From Gemmatimonadota bacterium (GTDB taxonomy: Bacteria; Gemmatimonadota; Gemmatimonadetes; Gemmatimonadales; Gemmatimonadaceae), in contig JAQBQB010000019.1 in NCBI GenBank assembly GCA_028287235.1, forward strand, positions 104,184 through 168,183: 64,000 nt of DNA, given 5' to 3'. Made by a program: the position numbers and the translations under genes. Below the pieces are notes generated by a model, which saw only the letters and a program-made list of their open reading frames with translations, was not told the origin of the DNA and made no database searches. Below, piece by piece: positions 1 to 8,666 of this stretch. Position 1 is the first letter of the stretch. Each line of letters opens with the position of its first letter.

Positions 1-432
1 GCGGCGGCCGCGGCGGGCGAAGTGCCCGTCGGCGCGGTGATCGTGCGCGACGGCGCGGCGCTCGCGCGCTCGGGCAACCGCACGCTCCGCGACCAGGATC
101 CCACCGCGCACGCCGAGGCGCTCGTCATTCGCGCGGCCGCGGCTGCGCTCGATTCGTGGCGGCTCGACGGCTGCTCGCTCTACGTGACCCTGGAGCCCTG
201 CGCCATGTGCGCGGGCGCGATCGTCCTGGCGCGGCTCGATCGAGTCGTGTTCGGCGCGTGGGACGACAAGGCGGGCATGGCGGGATCCGTCGCCGACCTG
301 CTTCGCCATCCGCGGTTGAATCACCGGCCGGAGGTGCTCGCTGGGGTGCGCGGGGAGGAATGCGCGGAACTGCTCACGACGTTCTTCCGTTCGCGGCGCC
401 AAATCGTTGACTCTTCAGCGTCTACGGCCTAA
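1..432 (+). CDS. tadA: tRNA-specific adenosine deaminase (5' end cut by window edge)
   Basis: Frame is open from base 1 (AAAAAGEVPVGAVIV..). It has the zinc deaminase motifs HAE (PTAHAEALVIR) and PCAMC (LEPCAMCAGAI). Stop at 430-432. Confidence 0.9.
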   Translation, partial: AAAAAGEVPVGAVIVRDGAALARSGNRTLRDQDPTAHAEALVIRAAAAALDSWRLDGCSLYVTLEPCAMCAGAIVLARLDRVVFGAWDDKAGMAGSVADLLRHPRLNHRPEVLAGVRGEECAELLTTFFRSRRQIVDSSASTA

Positions 433-455
433 TTTCTCAGGCTGTTCCGGACACT

Positions 456-545
456 GGACAGGTGGCCGAGTGGTTGAAGGCACCGGTCTCGAAAACCGGC
501 GTACCGGTGAACCCGGTACCGTGAGTTCGAATCTCACCCTGTCCG
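456..545 (+). tRNA. tRNA-Ser (anticodon CGA)
   Basis: Acceptor GGACAGG/CCTGTCC, anticodon stem CCGGT/ACCGG with loop CTCGAAA, long variable arm and T-loop GTTCGAATC. No encoded CCA. Confidence 0.9.
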
Positions 546-549
546 TCAG

Positions 550-600
550 ACCGGCGCGGCGGCATTGTACGGCCGTTTGCGCCGGTTTTGGGTTTTCGTG
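550..600 (+). terminator. Possible intrinsic terminator after the first tRNA-Ser
   Basis: ACCGGCGC (550-557) pairs with GCGCCGGT (579-586) and is followed by TTTGGGTTTTCG. The loop is long, so this is weak. Confidence 0.35.
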
Positions 601-620
601 AGTCTGTTTCGCAGGTCGTA

Positions 621-708
621 GGACGGGTGGCCGAGTGGTTGAAGGCGCACGCCTGGAAAGTGTGTTTACGCCAAAAGCGTAACGTGGGTTCGAATCCCAC
701 CCCGTCCG
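621..708 (+). tRNA. tRNA-Ser (anticodon GGA)
   Basis: Acceptor GGACGGG/CCCGTCC, anticodon loop CTGGAAA, long variable arm and T-loop GTTCGAATC. Confidence 0.9.
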
Positions 709-722
709 TGTGAATCGTCCCA

Positions 723-754
723 CCCCGGCTGCGCGCGCGCAGCCGGGGTTTTTT
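723..754. terminator. Bidirectional intrinsic terminator between tRNA-Ser (+) and the hybrid kinase (-)
   Basis: Hairpin CCCCGGCTGCGCGCGCGCAGCCGGGG followed by TTTTTTC. It lies between two convergent transcription units. Confidence 0.6.
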
Positions 755-768
755 CTTTCCAATGGGCC

Positions 769-3207
769 CTACCGCACCGTCCCCTGCGCCCCGGCCGCGA
801 ACTCCGCGCCCTGTCGCGGCCCGTCGAGTACCGACCGGATTCGCGCCGCGAGCTCCTCCACCATGAACGGCTTCATCAAGAGCTCGGTGTTCGAGACGAC
901 GACGCCGTAGCTCGCCACCGCCTCCTCGCTGTAGCCGGTGATGAACAGCACGCGCAGGTTCGGATACCACTCGCGGAGCTGCGCCACGAGCGTGGCGCCG
1001 TTCATTTCCGGCATCACGACGTCGGACAACACGAGGTGGATCGGCGCGCCGTGGCGCTCCAGCACCGTGAGCGCGTCGTAGCCGTTCCGCGCCTCGAGCA
1101 CGAGATAGCCGAGATCGCGCAGCGATTCCGCGAGCTGGTCGCGGAGCACGCGCTCGTCCTCGACGAGCAGCACCGTCTCGCGCCCGCGCAGCTCGGCCGG
1201 CGTCTCGGCCAACCGGGCCGCGGTCGGCGCTGGGGGATCGATCGCGGGGAGCGTGATGGTGAAAGCCGTGCCTTCGCCGACCGCGCTCTCCACCCCGATG
1301 GTGCCGCCGAACTGGCCGATGATCGCGTGCACCACCGACAGTCCGAGTCCCGTGCCCCAGCCGAGCTTGCGCGTCGTGAAGTAGGGCTCGAAGAGGCGTG
1401 CGCAGGTCTCGTCGGTCATCCCGGCGCCCGTGTCGGAGATCGTGAGCACCACGTGCCGTGCCGGCGCGCTTGCGTCCGAGGGCTCGTCGCTCGTGCGAAT
1501 GCTGAGCCGTCCGCCAGTGGGCATCGAATCGCGGGCGTGCACCGCGAGGCTGATGATCACCTGGATCATCTGCGCGCGGTCGACGAAGATGCCGCGCTTG
1601 GCGCCGAGCCGCACGTCGATCTCCACGTCTTCGTCCACGAGCCGCACGAGCATCGGCTGCGCTTCGCGCACGATGTCGTCGAGCCGGCAGACGTGCGGCG
1701 TCACGACCTGCTTGCGCCCGAAGGCGAGCAGCTCGCGGATCACGCCCGACGCGCGGAAGCATTCGTCACGCACCTGCGTGAGGCGGCCGCGCGCTCGCGT
1801 GTCGAGCTCCGTGTTCTGGATGACGAGATGCACGCCGGCCATCATCGCGGTGAGGATGTTGTTCAGGTCGTGCGCCACGCCGCCGGCGAGTTGGCCCACC
1901 GCCTCGAGCTTCTGCGCCTCGCGGAGCTGCGCGTCGCGGAAGCGATCGGCCGTGATGTCGCGCTCGATGGCCGAGAGGCCGATGAGCGTGCCCTGCTCGT
2001 CGCGAATGGGCGACAGCGTGAGCGCCATGATGATGTGGCGGCCGTCCTTGCACACGCGCTCCGTGACGACGTTCGACACCTCGCCGCCGCTGCGCACACT
2101 GTCGAGCAGCGCGGCGGCTTCCTCGACCTGGTCGGGGGGAACGAGGCGAAAGACCGAATGCCCGATCATCTCGAACGGCGTGTACCCGAAGATGCGCTCG
2201 GCCGCGGCGTTCCAGTGCGTGACGACCCCGTCGGGGGTCTGCGCGATGATCGCGTCGGTCGACGACGCGACGAGAGTGCTCAGCCAGGCGCGGTCTTCGA
2301 GCTCGCGCATTTCCTGAGTGAGATCGCTCAACACGCCGAGCAGCCGGACGCCGCGCCGCGTGCCGCCCTCGTCGATGAATCGCACGCTGCCGCGCACGCT
2401 CAGCCAGGTGGTTTGGCGCGCGTCGTGGCGAATGCGAAACACGGACTCGAAGGTGCCCGAGCCGGCGGGGTTGAGCGCGCGGCCGATCGCGCTGCGGAAC
2501 TGCGGCAGGTCTTCCGCGTCGACGAGGCGCTCGAGCTCTTCCACGGTGACGATCGCGCCGGGGCGCATGCCGAGCAGCTCCAGGCCGCGCTGATTCACGT
2601 CGATCTCATCGGCTTCGAGATTCCAATCCAGCGTGCCGACGCGAGCGGAGTCGACGATCAGTCCCAAGCGCACGGCGCTCTCGTGCAGGGCTTCATCGGC
2701 GCGCTTTTGCTCGTCGATGTTGGACATGATGCCGATCCAGCCCTTTACCAGCTCCTTGCGATTGCGCATCGGTTCGCCGCGGGCGCGGAACCACTCGTAG
2801 CGGCCGTCGCGCATGCGTACGCGAAACTCCACGGACAGCTGGAAGCCGTCGCCGATGGCGTCCTGCCATTCGCGGGTAACGCGCACGCGGTCGTCGGGAT
2901 GCAGCAGGGCCATCCAGCCGCCGTCATGCAGGGCGTCGGCGGGTTGCCCGGTGACGATCGTCCAGGTGGGCGCGACGAAGCGCGAGCCGTCGGCGCTGGC
3001 GCGCCACACGACTTGTGTGAACTGTCCACCGAGCCGCCAGATCTCCGAGTCGGAGATGCGGCGAGACGGACCAGAAACACCCGGAGGACGTCCCGGCGTT
3101 CCGACTTTCGCAGACATGCGATCCCTCGACTGCGGAGAGATGCGCCCGGCGCGGAGCGCGTGCGGTGGGGCAGCCGTCGGCGGCTGGCGGTGAGGTACGA
3201 CGAGCAT
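769..3207 (-). CDS. PAS-domain hybrid sensor histidine kinase / response regulator
   Basis: 812-aa ORF with several PAS-like repeats, an H-box (GVAHDLNNILTAM), an ATPase G-box (DTGAGM) and a C-terminal receiver (TVLLVEDE.., LVLSDVVMPEMNG, ITGY). The start is uncertain; an alternative ATG lies at 3117 (MSAKVG..). Confidence 0.85.
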   Translation of the reverse strand: MLVVPHRQPPTAAPPHALRAGRISPQSRDRMSAKVGTPGRPPGVSGPSRRISDSEIWRLGGQFTQVVWRASADGSRFVAPTWTIVTGQPADALHDGGWMALLHPDDRVRVTREWQDAIGDGFQLSVEFRVRMRDGRYEWFRARGEPMRNRKELVKGWIGIMSNIDEQKRADEALHESAVRLGLIVDSARVGTLDWNLEADEIDVNQRGLELLGMRPGAIVTVEELERLVDAEDLPQFRSAIGRALNPAGSGTFESVFRIRHDARQTTWLSVRGSVRFIDEGGTRRGVRLLGVLSDLTQEMRELEDRAWLSTLVASSTDAIIAQTPDGVVTHWNAAAERIFGYTPFEMIGHSVFRLVPPDQVEEAAALLDSVRSGGEVSNVVTERVCKDGRHIIMALTLSPIRDEQGTLIGLSAIERDITADRFRDAQLREAQKLEAVGQLAGGVAHDLNNILTAMMAGVHLVIQNTELDTRARGRLTQVRDECFRASGVIRELLAFGRKQVVTPHVCRLDDIVREAQPMLVRLVDEDVEIDVRLGAKRGIFVDRAQMIQVIISLAVHARDSMPTGGRLSIRTSDEPSDASAPARHVVLTISDTGAGMTDETCARLFEPYFTTRKLGWGTGLGLSVVHAIIGQFGGTIGVESAVGEGTAFTITLPAIDPPAPTAARLAETPAELRGRETVLLVEDERVLRDQLAESLRDLGYLVLEARNGYDALTVLERHGAPIHLVLSDVVMPEMNGATLVAQLREWYPNLRVLFITGYSEEAVASYGVVVSNTELLMKPFMVEELAARIRSVLDGPRQGAEFAAGAQGTVR

Positions 3208-3393
3208 CGCACGAACCGGGCAGGGTGAGGGTCACCTGCGCGAGCACGCGATGTCGCTATCGTAAACATTGCGCCAATCCACGATTCCCGCCAGACCCAG
3301 TATGGGGGCAGGCACGAATGATTGGGCGCACAAATTAGAGGATCCTCATCCGGCGGACCGTGGCGGCCGCCGGGCAACCGACGCGACAGGACC

Positions 3394-3780
3394 TTAAGCC
3401 GCCGGTCGCGGGGTTCGTGGCGGCGTCGACCGCAGGAACGACGGGATCTCGGGAACGATGTCGGGCATCTGCCGCATCTCGTCGTTCCAGGCTTCCTGCA
3501 GCACTTCGCTGAGCAACTGCTCCTCCTGCGGATACAGCCGGCGCGAAAGGTCGATCGCCGCGAACGAGCGCAGCGTCTCCCGCGCGTCGTGCATGGTGAA
3601 ATCCGCGCTGCTCACGCGATGCCAATGTTTGCGCACCCAGCGCTGGCCCTGGCTCCAGACCACGCGCGCGTAGCGATCGAACTGTTCGCCGGCCACGGCG
3701 CGCGGAAAACGCGTGTCGGGCCCGCTCTCGTTCGTCGAGCGGAAGGGAATCGGTTGGACGTGGCGGCGCGTGGTCAACAT
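3394..3780 (-). CDS. Hypothetical protein (128 aa), no family recognised
   Basis: Strong G/C third-position bias begins at the internal ATG (MLTTRRHVQPIPF..) and is absent from the 25 codons upstream of it (ORF-track start 3855). The composition is protein-like (..YPQEEQLLSEVLQEAWNDEMRQMPDI..). Confidence 0.55.
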   Translation of the reverse strand: MLTTRRHVQPIPFRSTNESGPDTRFPRAVAGEQFDRYARVVWSQGQRWVRKHWHRVSSADFTMHDARETLRSFAAIDLSRRLYPQEEQLLSEVLQEAWNDEMRQMPDIVPEIPSFLRSTPPRTPRPAA

Positions 3781-3887
3781 GCTGGCCTCTCGGAAGTCGT
3801 TCTGTCTTCGAGTTTCGGCAGCACGCGACAAAACCTCAGCGCTGGCCAGCGTCATCCAGCGTTATTCTCGCGCAAACGTCGCGCGTG

Positions 3888-4133
3888 TCATTCCCGCTGC
3901 ACCGCCCACCGCGCGAGCGACCAGAGTCCGCGACCGGTGCGCCGGAAGCGGCCGGACGAGTCGTCGTGCAGTACGCCGTTCAGTCTCGCCGGCGGCTCGT
4001 TCGCGAGACCGAGCTGCGGGTACACGAGCTCTGCGATCTGCGTGAAGTGCATTTCCCGGCCACCGGCGCGCAGCGCATTCTCGGTGGCGTCCAACAGCAG
4101 CTGGCTTTTTGAGGGGGCGTTTGAGTGACTCAT
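3888..4133 (-). CDS. Small stand-alone HARE-HTH (RNAP delta N-terminal-like winged helix) protein, 81 aa
   Basis: MSHSNAPSKSQLLLDATENALRAGGREMHFTQIAELVY..LNGVLHDDSSGRFRRTGRGLWSLARW matches the pattern F..I....(D/G)RF......W.L..W that I recall for HARE-HTH. GC3 is high. The start was trimmed from 4223 to ATG 4133. Confidence 0.55.
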   Translation of the reverse strand: MSHSNAPSKSQLLLDATENALRAGGREMHFTQIAELVYPQLGLANEPPARLNGVLHDDSSGRFRRTGRGLWSLARWAVQRE

Positions 4134-4283
4134 GGTGTTGGGCGTGCGAGTGACCATGACCCGTGGACGGCGAAGCTCCGTAATCATATGTTGTGCCAAT
4201 GCCGTACAAACGTATGCAGCCAAACAGGTTAGATCGCAAGATCAGTACGCTGGCGTACCGTCCGCTCCATATCGGATCAAACG

Positions 4284-5120
4284 TTGCCTATACGTGATGA
4301 TATGACCGTCGCACGCGATTCGATCACGATCCTGCCCGAGCCTTCACTTCCGCCTCTCAGCCGGAACAAGCTGCTCGCCGTCCTGCCGGACGCAGAGCGC
4401 GCGTTGCTCGGGAAACACGCCACCTTCGTGCCTTTGAAGCGCCGCGATCTGCTGTACGAGACGGAGCGTCCGGCGCCATACGTCTACTTCCTGGTCGAGG
4501 GAATCGCCTCGCTGCTCAGCGTCATGACCGACGGCACCGGCGTGGAGACGGCGACCATCGGCCGCGAGGGAATGGTGGGCATGGGAGTGTTTCACGGCGT
4601 GCTCGTCACGCCGGAGCAGGCGATGGTCCAAGTGCCCGGCGGCGCTTACCGCATTCCGTCGTCCGCCTTTCGCGAGATCCTCCCGAGCCTGCCCACGCTC
4701 GATACGCTGCTCCACCGCTTCTCCGTGGTCATGTTCACGCTGGCCGCGCAAAACTCCGGGTGCAACCGCAAGCACGCCGTCGAGGCGCGGTGCGCGCGGT
4801 GGCTGCTCATGGTTGCCGATCGCGTCGACACCGAGATCCTTGCACTCACCCACGACTTCGTGGCCCAGATGCTCGGCGTGCGACGGGCGAGCGTCACCGA
4901 AGCCCTGGGAGCACTGGAACGGCGCGGGTTGATCGAGACGGGACGAGGACGCATCGGCATCGTGAACCGTCCGGGCCTCGAGGGGGTGGCGTGCGAGTGC
5001 TACTCCATCATCCGCGGTACTGTCCAACGGCTCTTGCAAGGCTGCGCCGACACGAGCCCGCTCGCCGCGGTCAAAGCGTCGGAGGACGGAAAGTCGACGT
5101 TGCGGGAGCCGCACGACTAG
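4284..5120 (+). CDS. Crp/Fnr family transcriptional regulator
   Basis: N-terminal cNMP-binding-like beta-roll (..YVYFLVEGIASLLSV..TIGREGMVG..) and C-terminal HTH (..RASVTEALGALERRGLI..). The start is either TTG 4284 or ATG 4302. Confidence 0.85.
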   Translation: MPIRDDMTVARDSITILPEPSLPPLSRNKLLAVLPDAERALLGKHATFVPLKRRDLLYETERPAPYVYFLVEGIASLLSVMTDGTGVETATIGREGMVGMGVFHGVLVTPEQAMVQVPGGAYRIPSSAFREILPSLPTLDTLLHRFSVVMFTLAAQNSGCNRKHAVEARCARWLLMVADRVDTEILALTHDFVAQMLGVRRASVTEALGALERRGLIETGRGRIGIVNRPGLEGVACECYSIIRGTVQRLLQGCADTSPLAAVKASEDGKSTLREPHD

Positions 5121-5181
5121 GGACCAACGCCCTCGGGAGCGCGGACTGCTTCGCTACCGTTCGCGCACCTGATCGGCCATA

Positions 5182-5748
5182 TTGCTCGCCATGGCTGCGC
5201 CCCCAAAACAATCGACTGTCCTCGACGCTCGCGCCTTCGACCGAACGCTGCGTCGCATGGCCGACGAGATCGTTGAGCTGAACAACGGCACAGACGGTCT
5301 CGTGATCGTCGGCATTCAGCGCCGCGGCGTCCAGCTCGCGGCGCAAATCGTATCCACGATCAACGACCGCGAGAAATCCGAGGTGCCGCAGGGCGCCCTC
5401 GACATCACGCTCTATCGCGACGACTTGCAGACGGTGGGGCCCCGCCCGCTCGTGGGTCAGACGCAGATCCCGGTGGACATCGACGGGCAGCACGTCGTGA
5501 TCGTCGACGACGTGCTGTACACCGGCCGAACCATCCGCGCGGCGCTCGACGAGCTGGCGGACTTCGGCCGGCCGAGCCGGATCTCGCTGGCCGTGCTCAT
5601 CGACCGCGGAGGACGCGAGCTCCCGATCCAAGCGAACATCGTCGGCAAGACGGTGGACATCGGGCCGGGGCAGCGCGTGGACGTGCTGGTCGAGGAGCTC
5701 GACGGCAAAAACGCCGTCGTCATCGCCGACCGGGAGGCGAGCCCGTGA
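5182..5748 (+). CDS. pyrR: Bifunctional pyrimidine operon regulator / uracil phosphoribosyltransferase
   Basis: PRPP-binding motif [18 protein letters not shown] and typical PyrR length. It is followed by pyrB with a 4-nt overlap. ATG 5191 is an alternative start. Confidence 0.9.
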   Translation: MLAMAAPPKQSTVLDARAFDRTLRRMADEIVELNNGTDGLVIVGIQRRGVQLAAQIVSTINDREKSEVPQGALDITLYRDDLQTVGPRPLVGQTQIPVDIDGQHVVIVDDVLYTGRTIRAALDELADFGRPSRISLAVLIDRGGRELPIQANIVGKTVDIGPGQRVDVLVEELDGKNAVVIADREASP

Positions 5749-6710
5749 CCCACGCGCTCGGCAAAGATCTGCTTGGGCTCGAGCCGTTGAGCGGCGAGCA
5801 GATCAAGCTGATCCTCGACACCGCCGAGCCGTTCAAGGAGATCAGCGAGCGGGCGATCAAGAAAGTGCCGACCCTGCGCGGCGCCACGATCGTCAACCTG
5901 TTCTTCGAGGCGTCGACGCGTACGCGCGTGTCGTTCGAGTTCGCCGAAAAGCGCCTGTCGGCGGACACCGTCAACGTCGCCGCGTCCGGATCGAGCGTGT
6001 CCAAGGGCGAGACGCTGGTCGACACGGCGCGCAACCTCGAGGCGATGCGCATCGACATGGTCGTGATCCGCCACGGCGCGTCGGGCGCGGCGCAGTTCCT
6101 GGCCGAGCGCATCGAGTCGAATGTGATCAACGCGGGCGACGGCACGCACGAGCATCCGACGCAAGGGCTGCTCGATTTATTGACACTTCGCGACCATTTC
6201 AAGCGGCTCGCCGGAGTGAAGGTCTGCATCGTCGGCGACGTGCTCCACTCGCGCGTGGCGCGGTCGAACATCTGGGGGCTCACGAAGATGGGCGCCGAGG
6301 TCGCGGTGTGCGGGCCGCGGTCGCTCCTGCCGAACGCGATCAACGAGATGGGCGTCACCGTGTTCAACCGCGTGGAGGAGGCGATCGAGTGGGCCGACGC
6401 GTTGAACATCTTGCGCCTGCAGCTCGAGCGGATGCATGCCGGCTACATCCCGTCGCTGCGCGAGTACAACCGGGTCTTCGGCGTGTCGCGCGAGCGGCTC
6501 GACCGCGCCAAGCGCGACATTCTCATTCTTCATCCCGGCCCAATGAATCGCGGAGTCGAGATCGACTCCGACGTGGCCGATGGACCTTTCAGCGTGATTC
6601 TCGATCAGGTGACGAACGGCGTCGCGGTGCGCATGGCGATCTTGTACCTCTTGTCGGGCGGAAAACCGGAGCTCGCCGAATCGGCGAAGAAGGGTGGAGG
6701 CGATCGATGA
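5745..6710 (+). CDS. pyrB: Aspartate carbamoyltransferase catalytic subunit
   Basis: Carbamoyl-phosphate motif STRTR ([13 protein letters not shown]), the HPTQ motif ([11 protein letters not shown]) and HPGP. Confidence 0.95.
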   Translation: MTHALGKDLLGLEPLSGEQIKLILDTAEPFKEISERAIKKVPTLRGATIVNLFFEASTRTRVSFEFAEKRLSADTVNVAASGSSVSKGETLVDTARNLEAMRIDMVVIRHGASGAAQFLAERIESNVINAGDGTHEHPTQGLLDLLTLRDHFKRLAGVKVCIVGDVLHSRVARSNIWGLTKMGAEVAVCGPRSLLPNAINEMGVTVFNRVEEAIEWADALNILRLQLERMHAGYIPSLREYNRVFGVSRERLDRAKRDILILHPGPMNRGVEIDSDVADGPFSVILDQVTNGVAVRMAILYLLSGGKPELAESAKKGGGDR

Positions 6711-8008
6711 GCCGCTCCATTCTGTTGACGGGCGGCCGCGTCGTGGATCCATCACAATCGATGGACGAGCGGGCGGACGTGCTCATCGTCGGCGAGCGGG
6801 TGGAGGCGGTCGGCGCGCGCGTCGCGGGCGACGCCGCGCACCGCGAGGGCATGGAGACGATCGATTGCTCCGGGCTCGTGGTGTCGCCGGGATTCATCGA
6901 CGTGCACTGTCATCTGCGCGAGCCGGGACGCGAGGAGGTCGAGACCATCGCGTCGGGCGCGCGTGCGGCGGCGGCGGGCGGGTTCACCGCGGTGTGCGCA
7001 ATGCCGAACACCGATCCGGTGACGGACAATCAGGCCGCGGTCGGATTCATTCTTCGGCAGGGCGCGATTGCCGACGCGGCACGCGTGTATCCGATCGGCG
7101 CGATCTCCGTGGGGCAGCGCGGCGAAGCGTTGGCCGAGTTTGGGGAGATGGTCGCCGCCGGCGCGGTCGCCGTGAGCGACGACGGAAAGCCGGTGGTGAG
7201 CGCGCATCTCATGCGCACGGCGCTCGAGTATGCGCGCACGTTCGGCATCCCGGTTGCAGACCATTGCGAGGAGCCGACGCTGGCGACGGGCGGCGCGATG
7301 AACGAAGGATTGATCAGCGCGCGCCTCGGGCTCAAGGGCATTCCCGCGGAAGCCGAAGAGATCATGGCGATCCGCGACATTCTGCTCGCGCGTCGCACGG
7401 GCGGTCACATTCATCTCTGCCACATGAGCACCCGCGGGTCGGTCGAGCTCATTCGTTGGGGCAAGGACCGGAACATCAACGTCACGGCGGAGGTGTGTCC
7501 GCATCACATCTCGCTCACCGAAGACGCGGTCGAAGGCTACGACACCAACGCGAAGATGAACCCGCCGCTGCGCACGGCCGACGACGTCGCCGCGCTGCAG
7601 GAGGCCGTGCGGGACGGGACGATCGATCTCATCGCCACCGACCATGCGCCGCATCACTACGACGAGAAGGAGCGCGAGTTCGCCGACGCGCCGAACGGCA
7701 TCATCGGACTCGAGACCGCGCTTGCGGTGAACATCACCTGGCTCGTGGCGCCGGGGATCATCGACGTGCCACTCCTCATCGAGCGGATGTCGTGCGCGCC
7801 GGCGCGGGTGTTCAAGCTGCCCGGAGGTTCGCTGCGCCGCGGCGCGCTCGCCGACGTCACGGTATTCGATCCGGACGCGAAGTGGCTCGTCGAGCCCAAG
7901 CGCTTCCGATCGAAGGGACGGAACACGCCATACGCCGGTCAAACGCTGCAGGGCCGGACGCGCTGCACGATCGTGGGTGGACGCGTCGCCTATCGCGCCG
8001 ACGCGTGA
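6707..8008 (+). CDS. pyrC: Dihydroorotase
   Basis: [15 protein letters not shown].. begins at an ATGA overlap with the pyrB stop. It has the metal-binding [10 protein letters not shown] and the amidohydrolase fold. The ORF-track start at 6308 is an upstream extension inside pyrB. Confidence 0.9.
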   Translation: MSRSILLTGGRVVDPSQSMDERADVLIVGERVEAVGARVAGDAAHREGMETIDCSGLVVSPGFIDVHCHLREPGREEVETIASGARAAAAGGFTAVCAMPNTDPVTDNQAAVGFILRQGAIADAARVYPIGAISVGQRGEALAEFGEMVAAGAVAVSDDGKPVVSAHLMRTALEYARTFGIPVADHCEEPTLATGGAMNEGLISARLGLKGIPAEAEEIMAIRDILLARRTGGHIHLCHMSTRGSVELIRWGKDRNINVTAEVCPHHISLTEDAVEGYDTNAKMNPPLRTADDVAALQEAVRDGTIDLIATDHAPHHYDEKEREFADAPNGIIGLETALAVNITWLVAPGIIDVPLLIERMSCAPARVFKLPGGSLRRGALADVTVFDPDAKWLVEPKRFRSKGRNTPYAGQTLQGRTRCTIVGGRVAYRADA

Positions 8009-8018
8009 GCGCCGACGC

Positions 8019-8666
8019 GTGAGCGCCAATGAGCGGGCGGCTGCGGGCGCAGCGATCGTGCGGGTCTGCCGGCGGTTGTACGAGCGGGGGCTGATCGCCG
8101 GTCCCGACGGCAACGTGACCGTGCGGCTGCAGGACGGATCGATTCTCAGCACGCCGCGCGGCATGTCGAAGGTGGATCTCGATCCGCGCGACCTCGTCGT
8201 CGTCCGCGGCGACGGAACGGTGATCGGCGGCTCGCGCGCGCCGTCGAGCGAGCTGCGCATGCACTTGCGCATCTACCAGAAGCGCGCGGACGTGCGAGCG
8301 ATCGTTCATGCGCACCCGCCGACCGCGACCGGGTTCGCCGTGGCGGGAGAGGGATTCATGGCCCCTGTGTTGCCCGAAGTTATCTTCCAGATGGGCGAGG
8401 TGCCGTTGGTGCCGTACGCCACACCGGGAACCGACGCGTTGGCCGACGCCATCGAGCCGTTTCTTCTGGGCGGGCATGACGCTTTTCTCATGGCCAATCA
8501 CGGCGCGACCGCGATGGGCCCCACGATCGACATGGCGCACCAACGCATGGAAAGCCTGGAGCACGCCGCGCGGATTCTCCTTGCCGCGCGCACGTTGGGC
8601 CGGGTCAATGAGCTGAGCGCCGCGGACGTACAGGTCCTGCGCAAGGCTCGCGAGGAACGAGAATGA
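8019..8666 (+). CDS. Class II aldolase/adducin family protein
   Basis: ..LIAGPDGNVTVRL..SSELRMHLRIY..AIVHAHPP..ANHGATAMG.. is typical of fuculose-phosphate aldolase / MTRu-1-P dehydratase-like proteins. The start could be GTG 8019 or 7977. Confidence 0.8.
   Translation: MSANERAAAGAAIVRVCRRLYERGLIAGPDGNVTVRLQDGSILSTPRGMSKVDLDPRDLVVVRGDGTVIGGSRAPSSELRMHLRIYQKRADVRAIVHAHPPTATGFAVAGEGFMAPVLPEVIFQMGEVPLVPYATPGTDALADAIEPFLLGGHDAFLMANHGATAMGPTIDMAHQRMESLEHAARILLAARTLGRVNELSAADVQVLRKAREERE

Noticed and set aside
456-3207. Possible tRNA-linked genomic island downstream of the tandem tRNA-Ser genes.
   Set aside because: I saw no integrase, no direct repeat of the tRNA 3' end and no compositional shift. 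The next gene is an ordinary chromosomal hybrid kinase, separated from the tRNA by a terminator.
1036-3228. A 730-aa plus-strand ORF. Similar very long ORFs occur at 12899-14554(-), 20518-22764(-), 27717-29321(-), 46329-47627(-), 50975-53290(-), 42759-44561(+) and 30413-32776(+).
   Set aside because: All lie antisense to, or out of frame with, genes that carry unmistakable family motifs (kinase, MoxR, mutL, groEL, murA, infB, gatB). Their translations are Arg/Ala/Gly/Pro/His-rich low-complexity strings, which is typical of stop-codon-poor alternative frames in GC-rich DNA.
4229-4244. TTAGATCGCAAGATCA as an FNR/CRP box upstream of the Crp/Fnr-family gene.
   Set aside because: It is a direct repeat (AGATC..AGATC), not an inverted one, and it does not fit TTGAT-N4-ATCAA or TGTGA-N6-TCACA.
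5121-5190. PyrR-binding attenuator (anti-antiterminator with a conserved ..UCCAGAGAGG.. loop) upstream of pyrR-pyrB-pyrC.
   Set aside because: The 60-nt leader contains no recognisable PyrR binding loop or terminator hairpin. Regulation may occur elsewhere, or PyrR may act mainly as a UPRTase here.
6174-6190. Perfect TTGACA hexamer inside pyrB as an internal promoter.
   Set aside because: No acceptable -10 element lies 16-18 nt downstream. It is more simply explained as Leu-Thr codons.
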